The notes beneath the pieces are model-generated. The model was given only the letters and a program-made list of their open reading frames with translations, did no database searches and was not told the origin of the DNA. A stretch of 64,000 bases of DNA from Octopus sinensis. Lineage: Eukaryota. The stretch lies in the NCBI RefSeq assembly GCF_006345805.1, contig NC_043012.1, positions 57,784,001 through 57,848,000 of the forward strand, written 5' to 3'. Position 1 is the first letter of the stretch, and each line of letters begins with the position of its first letter. The position numbers and the translations under genes were made by a program. Shown one piece after another: positions 52,382-64,000 of the stretch.

Positions 52382-54125
52382 TAATAAAAAAGAACATATG
52401 CATATATAAACATATATGTACGTACCTACCTCTTACATGTACATATACACGCATATATGTGTACAGGACACCCAAAAAGACGTCGAACACATAGAGAGAC
52501 GAAAAACATAGACACAAACCAAGGAACAAGACAAGCAAAAAAAAAGAGATACGGACAATAAGCACAACGAAAAATCCCCTTCTTCAGTCGCTAAGGTTTC
52601 ATCTACTAAACGTTTCGAAGGATAAAAGCGAGACGTATACTTCAAGGAAAACTTCCTCCTGCGAAAAGCAAATCAATTAAAATTCTGAGATCTTTTCGCA
52701 GAGGGGTAAAAAAAAGCAAGACGGTAACGACAGTACAAACATATAAACAGTTAAAAAAATATATATATAAACAGTGGAAAAATAAATATATAACAGTGAG
52801 AGACAGGACAAGGAGAACAAGATAAGAAGGGCTGTTAACGCCAGACGAAAAAAGTATTGCAAACGCTGGATTATAGTGGACGACGAGAGAGAAAAAAATG
52901 TCGACCAGTAGCCTTAGAAGGCGGGCGAGAAAAGACAGGATAGCAGTTACGACGGAAGTATCGTCGCAGATGGACGACGGGAATGGGGGAGGAGGAGCAA
53001 GAGGAAGAGAGAGAAGAAGGGGAATGGTGCGAGGAGACCATGAAGAATGGTGTGAAAGGGAGAGAGAGAATGAAGAATGAGAGAGAGAGGACGAGACAAG
53101 TTAAGTGAGGGAAAAAAGACGAAAAAGGGAATGGAGAGAAAGAAAGAAAGATGCAGAGTCGCGTGAGAGTTAATATCAAGGCTAACTTGATAACAGAACA
53201 ATCTTACTTATTAGGGTGCGTGCGTTTAGTCGTATAATATGTTAATAAAATAGAACATATGCATATATATAAACATATATGTACGTACCTACCTCTACAT
53301 GTACATATACACGCATATATGTGTACAGGACACCAAAAGACGTCGAACACATAGAGAGACGAAAAACATAGACACAAACCAGGAACAAGACAAGCAAAAA
53401 AAAAGAGATACAGCACAATAAGCACAACGAAAAATCCCCTTCTTCAGTCGCTAAGGTTTCATCTACTAAACGTTTCGAAGGATAAAAGCGAGACCTATAC
53501 TTCGAAGAAAACTTCCTTCCTGCGAAAAGCAAATCAATTAAAATTCTGAGATCTTTTCGCAGAGGGGTAAAAAAAAGCAAGACGGTAACGACAGTACAAA
53601 CATATAAACAGTAAAAAATATATATATAAACAGTGGAAAAATAAATATATAACAGTGAGAGACAGGACAAGGAGACAAGATAAGAGGGCTGTTAAGCCAG
53701 ACGAAAAAAGTATTGCAAACGCTGGATTATAGTGGACGACGAGAGAGAAAAAATGTCGACCAGTAGCCTTAGAAGGCGGGCGAGAAAAGACAGGATAGCA
53801 GTTACGACGGAAGTATCGTCGCAGATGGACGACGGGAATGGGGGGGAGGAAGCAAGAGGAAGAGAGAGAAGAAGGAGAATGGTGCGAGGAGACCATGAAG
53901 AATGGTGAAAGGAGAGAGAGAATGAAGAATGAGAGAGAGAGGACGAGACAAGTTAAGTGAGGGAAAAAAGACGAAAAAGGGAATGGGAGAGAAAGAAAGA
54001 AAGATGCAGAGTCGCGTGAGAGTAAATATCAAGGCTAACTTGATAAACAGAACAATCTTACTTAATAGGGTGCGTGCGTTTAGTCGTATAATATGTTAAT
54101 AAAATAGAACATATGCATATAATAA
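52376..54125. repeat. ~855-bp tandem duplication (2 units plus a partial)
   Basis: ATATGTTAATAAAA unit starts at ~52376, 53237 and 54091. Confidence 0.85.
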
Positions 54126-54179
<54 letters not shown>

Positions 54180-54754
54180 AGACACAACTACAGAAAGAAT
54201 GTAAGCGGATAGACAAAATTGTCATATTCAAAAGAAAATTTCTGTCTACGATAGACAGAGCAAGCATATCACTTTTAATAAGGACAACGAATGTTGTGAA
54301 TGTACAAGTATGAACAGTGGATTATTGTGGAGGACATGACAACCTCGAAAAAATACTGTTGTTTGTTCCATTGAAGCAGTTCAAGTTGCATGTTTTTTTG
54401 TGAGAAGTGTGTAGAGCAGGTGTTGATGCCAAAAGTACTTTGTAACAGCAGCGGTATCATGTGAGGTTGCTTCGTAATTGCTCATAAAATACTTAAAGAC
54501 TCATAAATCGTGTTTCTTCGTTTCAAAATTTCAGCTTGATAATTGAAGCTTTATTAGAGAAAACAGCAGAAAATTCACGTCAATAATTTATTGCAGAAAG
54601 CATCACCCCTAGTAGTAACAGTAGTGGTAGTAGCAGTAGTGGCAGCGACAGCAGTAGCAGTAGCAGTAGTAGTAATAGTAGTAGTAATAACAGCAGAAGA
54701 GTTCGAATTTACTGGGTTGGTTCGTAGATGACAAATTCTCAAAAGCCGAATGCC

Positions 54755-54792
<38 letters not shown>

Positions 54793-54839
54793 TAATAATA
54801 ATAATAATAATAACAACAACGATAATAATGATGATAATA

Positions 54840-54901
<62 letters not shown>

Positions 54902-55083
54902 AATAATAATAATAATAATAATATAATGGTTTTCTTTATTAACCATTAAAAGAATCAACGGCATTGACGACGTTGAGGAGGACGATGACGGTGAGGATAA
55001 TGATGACGAAGACGATGATGATGATGATGATGATGATGACGACGACGATGATTATAATGACTTGAGGTAATGTTGCTGCTATA

Positions 55084-55125
<42 letters not shown>

Positions 55126-55525
55126 CTGTTGACTATGATTCATACGATAATGATGACTGTGATGATGGTGATGATGAGGAAAATAAGCGATATAATGAAG
55201 GAGTTATGACGTCACTTGATTTGGCAAATTAGCAATTAAATAACCGTTAAAAAACACGAATATAAATCATTCGCGGCCGTCATTAAAATGGGATTCACAT
55301 ACTTAAGTCCTAAATCTTATAGCATGAGCTCTAAAGGCCATTGTAGGAATAACAAAAATGGGCGATTCGACGCTTGTTGAATGGGCCCACCTACGTGCGC
55401 AAGATCTGCCCCCCACAAAAAAGAAGTTGGGTGGAGCGAGCCATTAACGATATTAACAATTACAGCAACAACAAGGAGATTAACATTAAGAACTGTAAAA
55501 TAAAGCAAAAATATTGCAATAGCAC

Positions 55526-55541
55526 GTACACACACACACAC

Positions 55542-55583
<42 letters not shown>

Positions 55584-56315
55584 TACACGCACGCAAACAC
55601 GCGCACTCACGCAACAACACACACGACACCCGCGTACGCATACGTGTGCTCGTACACATACATACACACACACACATAAGCATGCATATACACACAAACA
55701 CACACGAACACACGCGCTCGCACGCACACACGCGCTCGCACGCACACACGCGCTCGCACGCACACACGCGCAAACACACACAGTCACGCAACCACACACG
55801 CGACACACGCGTACACATACGTGTGCCCGTACACATACATTCACACACACACACACATAAGCATGCATATACACACGCACATACACACGAACACACGCGC
55901 TGGCTCGCACACACACACACACACAACACACATGTGTACACATACGTGCGCGCGCACACATACACACGCACACACACACTCGCACACACACACAATGATG
56001 TACACACACACACACAAGGATGCACACACACACACACACAAGGATGCACACACACACACACAAGGATGCACACACACACTCACAAGGATGCACACACACA
56101 CACATACATGCACACACACACAAACACACAAAAATGCACACGCACACTCGCACACACACACAAGGATACACACACACATACCCGCACACACACACACGGA
56201 TGCACATACACACACATACACACACGCACACATACACACACGCTCACATACACACACGCACACGTAGACGCACACAGACACACAAACACACACACACATA
56301 CACACACACACGCAC
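55526..56315. repeat. Degenerate (CA)n/(CG) satellite
   Basis: Directly visible. Confidence 0.9.
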
Positions 56316-56888
56316 GGGTAGTTTTTGTTAATTATGCACAGAAGCCATCCACATAACAAATTATTGTTAAGTTAGTGTTAATAAACAGAATGCAAAGGAA
56401 TAATGAAAATGCTAACTAGAAATAATTATTAGCATCTTTTGCCATTTATCTTTGGCGTGTTTTATTCAGGGAAGTGCAGCGATGCTGGTGCCTTATTCTG
56501 GAGTGATTTCAGTCGAGAAAATCGACCTCGGGACTAAGCTTTAATTATCTGGTATATGTTATATCGGGCCTTTGGTCGAACCGCTATCTTACTGGGACGT
56601 TATCAAACCAACAAATGTCGCTATGCGACGGAGTGGGTTACAAACACGTAGAAATACATACGAACACATACATATATAAATATATATGAAAATATAAAAG
56701 ATAATGGTGTCATTGAGACCCAAAGGTGTCAGGTAATGCTGAATAAGTGCTATAGACAGACCATAGTTAAGTTCCAGATTCGGTAATATTGCGAATAAAT
56801 TGTTTAAATGTTGGTTCTATGTCAGCGTCTGTATATAAGAATTTTTTGCTGTAATAAGATAAAATAAAAAAGCTGTATAGTTATCTAT

Positions 56889-57845
56889 AGTTATCTTCAG
56901 TACTAACCGAAATAAATATATTATTATTATTCAGATTTTCTAACAAGGTTTTTGTAGTTGATTTTTGTTTGTTTTGTTTTGTCTTTGACGGTGCTGCCAT
57001 AGCTGTGCGGTTAAGAAGCTTGGTTTGCATCGAGGTTTCGGGGGTCAGTCCTATTGCGATGCACCCTTTAAGGTAACCCCGAATCGAGTAATAACTTGCG
57101 AGTGAATTTGATACACACGGACTGTGGGGAAGCCCGTCATATAAACACACGCACACATACATACACACATACACACACACACACACACATATATGTATGT
57201 ATATATGTATATTTTCATATAAGAACTTTTTGCGTAATAAGATAAAAAAACCAAGGCTGTATAGATATTAGAGCATTTATAGATAGATGGTCTTACAGCT
57301 GTTTCTAGGATATTAATTAATAATATCCCTTACCTCACTCTCTATTTTGTATCACATCTAAACTAACTATGACTTAACTTTCCTTTCACACCGTCTCCGA
57401 TGAAGGGATATAATTAATAAATATTCTAGAAACAGCTGTAAGACCTTCTATCTATAAATGCTCTAATATCTACACAGCCTTGGTTTTTTATCTTATTACG
57501 CAAAAAATTCTTATGTGTATATATACATATATACATACATATATGTGTGTGTGTGTGTGTGTGTATGTGTGTATGTATATGTGCGTGTGTTTATATGACG
57601 GGCTTCCCAACAGTCCCTGTGTATCAAATTCACTCGCAAGTTATTACTCGATTCGGGGTTACCTTAAAGGGTGCATCGCAATAGAATTGACCCCGAAACC
57701 TCGATGCAAACCGAGCTTCTTAACCGCACAGCTATGGCAGCACCGTCAAAGACAAAACAAAGCAAACAAAAACCAACTACAAAAACATTGTTAGAAAATC
57801 TGAATAATAATAATATATTTATTTCGGTTAGTACTGAAGATAACT
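56889..57845. repeat. ~440-bp-arm inverted repeat centred on a hammerhead
   Basis: Arms 56889-57331 and 57403-57845; arms diverged by substitutions. Confidence 0.85.
57393..57444 (+). ncRNA. Type I hammerhead, U4C-mutated
   Basis: GUCU-CCGAUGA-A GGGAUAU...AUAUUCU A-GAAAC AGCU GUA/AGAC. Confidence 0.65.
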
Positions 57846-58019
57846 CAGAGCACGTTTCGTGCTTATTACGACTTCATCAGTCTTCCACTGACAAAAGATG
57901 GGACGTTAAACTGAATAACTGAAGTGTTTAGAGTATCGCTAAATTTCGGCTTCGAAATGTCGAATGAAGCTGAGTTCGGTGTTGTTTACCACCATATTTG
58001 TACAACATCAACAACAACA

Positions 58020-58038
58020 GCAACTACTACTGCTGCTG

Positions 58039-58090
<52 letters not shown>

Positions 58091-58121
58091 CGCTGCTGCT
58101 GCTGCTGCTGCTGCTACTACG

Positions 58122-58159
<38 letters not shown>

Positions 58160-58372
58160 TACTACTACTTCTACTACTACTACTACTAGTGCTGCTGCTG
58201 CTGCCGCTGCTGCTGCCGCTGCTGCTGCCGCCGCTGCTGCCGCTGCTGCCGCTGCTGCCGCTGCTGCCGCTGCTGCCGCTGCTGCCGCTGCTGCCGCTGC
58301 TGCCGCTGCTGCTGCTGCCGCTGCTGCCGCTGCTGCCGCTGCTGCTGCCGTTACCGCTGCTGCTGCTACTAC
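58020..58372. repeat. (CTA)n followed by (GCT/GCC)n triplet repeat
   Basis: Directly visible. Confidence 0.95.
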
Positions 58373-58622
58373 TTTGGTGCCGTGCTTGCAGAATCGTTGG
58401 CGCGACGTTCAAAGTGTTTATCAACATAATGTCTAGCGGAATTCAATTAAAACAATAGACGACATGTTGGCACCGGTATTATCTCCTAGTCTGAGATAAC
58501 GTGCAATAATGTGGATGGTTCTTCGTCGGAGAATCCAAAATTTTGGTAATCGATGCTTGGATAATTCAGCATTGACTGTATATACTCATGAAGACAACGT
58601 TGCATTTGGTTCCAGCACCAAA

Positions 58623-59240
<618 letters not shown>

Positions 59241-59598
59241 ATAGTAGATTAATAACAATCATTTACTGGGGTGTATTTCTTAATCAACTGTTCTCCATTT
59301 GTAAGACACGTTTAGTAACTATATACAAAACTTACGAATATATATATATATATATCGAGGCTTTCTTTCATTCCTCTCTCAAACTCGGAAGGAGACGTAA
59401 TACAGTTAAGATTTAGAATTCGGCTGTCGGAACAGAAGAGTTATTTTGCTGAATATGCGTTTTGTAGGAGCTGCATAGCTAATATGTATGACATCTCAAG
59501 TACTATTGGCATGCCTCCTCACCAAACACTCACACACATACGTACGCAGAAACACACAGATGTACACGAGCATATATTTCTGTCTGGTTTTTATTTAC

Positions 59599-59689
59599 CT
59601 GAAAGTGTAGCGGGGTCCCTGAGAAGAAGTGACCCAGTTTATTTGCCGGTTCCATTCTCGAAATAGTTGTATACAAATACAGGAAGCCC
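59599..59689 (-). CDS. Candidate exon (ASCICIQLFREWNRQINWVTSSQGPRYTF or alternative frame)
   Basis: cctttcaactctatag|91 nt|gtaaat. Confidence 0.4.
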
Positions 59690-61207
59690 CTATAGAGTTG
59701 AAAGGATGCTGGCAGTATAAATATTTCGTCTATTTCCTCAGAAAACTGAACAATAGCTTAAATCAAAAGCTTTGGAAATATTTTCATACGACATAACATA
59801 CACACAAACAAGAAGTACAAAACAATCTGGAACCTTCATTAAAAAGTAAGTCCTTTGTTATAGTCAAAGTGTAAATAGTCAAAGTCTTCTTTCCTTCTCC
59901 AGAACATTTCATCTAAAAGTCGAGAATATGAATTAGATCTTTAGGGAATGTTACATGGTAAAGGCTAGACCCTTACGCATTTGTAAGGAATTTATTTCTT
60001 GCCTGTTTAAAGCATGGATCCAAAATAAAGCAATAGGCCTCGTGAGTCCCTTTGCTATTTTAAGAGGGTTTGTTTGTTAGTTTTGATTTTTTTTTTTTAC
60101 ATTTAGTATTATTAACATCTGGTCATAATTATTCTATCGTAGATTTATTTGATGATACAATTATCAGATTTGAAATTACTTAACCTTTGCACGAAGCGAA
60201 AAACAAAAAGAAAGATTCGCTGTGAAGATATGGAGTGGTACGAGAACAGCTGATTAGGAGGTCGACAGTTCGTATCACGAGACAAGTACAACGGAGTGTT
60301 TATAGCCAAGAAATTTAATTCTTAAATCACCATGTTCACAGTTTTCGCTGCGCAGACATAGATCTCACTTATTCTCCACTGTATTGCGTTATAAATTAAA
60401 AACAATATTTTCAAAATTATAAGACAAGCCGCAAGATTTGTTTTGCCCTTGCCAATAAAGTAAATCCAGAATTTGTGTTTATAAGACGTAGACTAATTTC
60501 CTCGGACAGCTTTTAAATAATGGCCGTCTTAAAAGCTGTCGGACATAGGTAATTAATTTTAATTAAATTTTCGGAGTTGCCTCCTGTGCTTTTATTAACA
60601 ATAGTTACTCAGATAATAACACGTCTTTCTTGAAAACGAGTGAAACTTAAATGAAAACTTTCTCGTTTCGATGTAATAAGTGTACAGCATCACCAACTCT
60701 GCCTCGAAGTAAGCCGATGCTTTGCTAACGATACGTAATACGGCAGAAGCATATCTGAAGTTGTTCCCCGTATTTGATGAAATTATTAATCTAATAGTTA
60801 ATCACTGCATTACACTTGTGTTTCCCTCAATGCATTGAATATATTCTGATACTCACTCAAGTAAACTGTTAATAGATTGCTGTCGTTCTTTAACCCCTGG
60901 TCATTCCTAACCAAGGAAACTTATGTTCAAAACGGTGTTACTGTGGTCATTCAGTCTTTTGTCACTCTCCTCTCTCTCTCTTTCTCTCTCTTGCTCGCTC
61001 GCTCACTCTCTTGCACGCTCGCTCGCTCTCTTGCACGCTCGCTCGCTCTCTTGCACGCTCGCTCGCTCTCTTGCACGCTCGCTCGCTCTCTGATTATAAA
61101 GTCAGCGTATAGCAAAATACAGTACCTTTCCAACATTTAAAAGACTCTGCAGACAGAATTTAAAGTTTTTTATGAAGGCTTGTTTTCAGATTGATGAGTA
61201 TTCTGGC

Positions 61208-61560
61208 CATCCATCCATCCATCCACCGGTCCATCAATCCATCCATTCATCCATCCATCATCCATCCATCCATCCATCCACCCGTCCATCCACCCGTCCA
61301 TCCATCAATCAATCCATCCGTCCATCCATCCGTCCATCCATCCGTCCATCCATCCATCCATCCATCCACCCGTCCATCCATCCATCCATCCATCCATCCA
61401 TCCATCCATCCATCCGTCCGTCCATCCATCCATCCATCCACCCGTCCATCCATCCATCCATCCATCATCAAAAATCCATTAATCCATCCATCCATCAATC
61501 CATTCATCCATCCATCGACCGGTCCATCCATCCACCCGTCCATCCACCCATCCATCCACC
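61208..61560. repeat. (CCAT)n degenerate microsatellite
   Basis: Directly visible. Confidence 0.95.
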
Positions 61561-61818
61561 TTCCACAATAATTTTAGGCATGATAGTAAGATATTAATGA
61601 TGGATCTAAATGTAAAATAGGCAGGCAAGGTGCCGAGTGTTTTGTTGGAACATGGGAATCGGCAGAAGGAATTACAATTGAGAAGGGCCTCCACTTTTCT
61701 CTAGCATGAGCGACCTCAGCATCGGAAATTCATACATCATACAAAAAAGCTATACACAAGAAAACACAACCACCAGATATTAAACACACCCACACCCACA
61801 CACAACCACACATGTGCG

Positions 61819-61873
<55 letters not shown>

Positions 61874-61900
61874 ATATATATATATATATTATATATGTAT

Positions 61901-62314
61901 TTTATTTATTTCAGTCATTTGACTGCGGCCATACTGGAGCACCGCCTTTAGTCGAACAAATCGACCCCAGGACGTATTCTTTGTAAACCTAGTACTTTTC
62001 TATCCATCTCTTTTGTCGAACCGCTTGGTAACGGGGACGTAAACACACCAACATCGGTTGACAAGCGATGGTAGTGGGACAAACATAGACACACAAACAT
62101 ATGCATACACACATACACACAAACGCACACACACTAATACACACATATATACGACAAGTTTCTTTCAGTTTTCTTCTACCAACTCCACTCACATGGCTTT
62201 GGTCGGCTCGAGGCTACAGTAGAGGCTACTTTCCCAAGATGCAACGCAGTGGGACTGAATCCGGAACTTTGACGTTGGGAAGCAAGCTACTTAACACACA
62301 ACCACTCCTGCGCC
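61901..62314 (-). mobile_element. SINE family A, full length
   Basis: Ends ...ACCACTCCTGCGCC, the reverse of the head. Confidence 0.85.
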
Positions 62315-62324
62315 TATATATATA

Positions 62325-62392
<68 letters not shown>

Positions 62393-62571
62393 TTGATGTA
62401 TGTATAATATATATATATATATATATATGTACATACATGATTATATGTACAGTAATGCCTCGCCATACTTCTGCGCCTATATATGTGTGTGTATGTATGT
62501 ATATCTTTCTCTTTCTCTCTCTCTCTCTATATATATATATACATATGTATATATATATATATGTATATATG

Positions 62572-62617
<46 letters not shown>

Positions 62618-62632
62618 TACATATAATTTATT

Positions 62633-62664
<32 letters not shown>

Positions 62665-62667
62665 ATA

Positions 62668-62698
<31 letters not shown>

Positions 62699-63232
62699 GT
62701 ACACGAGCCCTCAGTAATGATGGAGTTATTTTTGAAAATGCTACTCGATGAAAGTTTGTAATTAGAGGATGAGCAAATAATTAAAAATATCAAAATAAAT
62801 GAAAATAAGAACCTCATATTTATCCCTCCCAAAATAATCTACATGTATGATTCACTGTAGAAATTAATGCAGAACTGTATTTCCTCTTTAGACATGAGGA
62901 GGCACTAACACGACTTGTCTTTCTGAATTTTCAATATGTTATTTCAAAATATTCTGACTCTAACCCTAACCCAGATCAGGTTATTTCCCAGCGCACACTA
63001 GAGGTACTGCGGTAGACCATATGCTAAAAGTACCATCAACATTTCTGATGGCTGTTGCGATGCTGGACGGATTATCTGAATTTATGAGACAATGAACTTT
63101 TGAATTCAAAAAATGAACAGCACTACTCCAGCAAGTAAACCGAGACTAAGACCAAATTATTATTGGTCTTAGTGAGAAAGAAATTGAAATCAAGCTTAAG
63201 TGTAATTGTTCTGTCGGATGGCTGCAACTTAC

Positions 63233-63295
63233 CGCAGAAGAAATGTTGGAGCTGCAAAAATGACGAAGCGAATCTCTTATGAATGTTGCGATGTA
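63233..63295 (-). CDS. Candidate exon YIATFIRDSLRHFCSSNISSA (or HRNIHKRFASSFLQLQHFFC)
   Basis: tttttgttgttttgcag|63 nt|gtaagt; consensus splice sites at both ends. Confidence 0.5.
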
Positions 63296-63624
63296 CTGCA
63301 AAACAACAAAAATTTATGATTATTAAAACATTAATTAAGCATTAAGAAAGCAGAATGATCTTTTTAATGAAAAGTCAGAAAGAAAAATTAAATAGACACA
63401 CTGCCGCAATGAGAAAGCAGAAACGGTGTTGGTTAATTTAGAAAACTTCAAATTGTTTCATCAAGCAACAGGTGACAAAAACGGGGAGAAAAAGGAGAGA
63501 AACAGAATGATTTAGAAAACAAAACTTATAGAGATGAACAAATTCAACAACTTCAAACGGAAAAAACATTACTCGACAAAAAAGTATATGTACAAAGATA
63601 TATAAAGAATACAGTAATATCGGA

Positions 63625-64000
63625 AGCACTCCGTCGGTTACGACGATGAGGGTTCCGGTTGATCCGAATCAACGGAACAGCTTGCTCGTGAAATTAACGT
63701 GTAAGTGGCTGAGCACTCCACAGACACGTGCACCCTTAACGTAGTTCTCGGGGATATTCAGCGTGACACAGAGAGTGACAAGGCCGGCCCCTTGAAATAC
63801 AGGTACAACAGAAACAGGAAGTAAGAGTGAGAGAAAGTTGTGGTGAAAGAGTACAGCAAGGATCAGCACCATCCCCTGCCGGAGCCTCGTGGAGCTTTTA
63901 GGTGTTTTCGCTCAATAAACACTCACAACGCCCGGTCTGGGAATCGAAACCGCGATCCTATGACCGCGAGTCCACTGTCCTAACCACTGGGCCATTGGGC
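63625..64000 (-). mobile_element. SINE family C
   Basis: Matches 44403-44757; head runs off the window end. Confidence 0.85.

Noticed and set aside
52570-52640. Permuted (type II) hammerhead in the 855-bp repeat
   Set aside because: Boxes and stem II are plausible but stem I does not pair.
59739-59846. Plus-strand exon with strong splice signals
   Set aside because: Stops in all three frames; could be chance or non-coding.

Overview
AT-rich, gene-poor animal genomic DNA saturated with microsatellites ((TA)n, (TACA)n, (AAT)n, (GAT)n, (CTAT)n, (CCAT)n, (GA)n, (CA)n) and tRNA-headed SINEs. The SINE families resemble those of Octopus (recognition from memory, no database search). Almost all ORFs in the supplied track are translations of microsatellites or SINEs. 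Real content: (1) scattered short exons of a probable large minus-strand gene, tentatively dynein-heavy-chain/DNHD1-like; (2) three SINE families in dozens of copies, often nested; (3) LINE remnants (RTE, two restriction-like-endonuclease clades, Penelope GIY-YIG), a decayed hAT transposase, MITEs and a Helitron-type end; (4) the main signal, a set of about 8-10 distinct non-coding repeat families (two of them related) that each carry a minimal type I hammerhead ribozyme (stem I-CUGANGA-stem II-GAAA-palindromic stem III-NUH-stem I). Six hammerhead cores are fully canonical (11370, 11928, 12979, 46480, 46952, 52157). They sit in tandem and inverted arrays typical of Penelope-like elements and retrozymes. 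All folds and splice sites were read by eye; nothing was computed.
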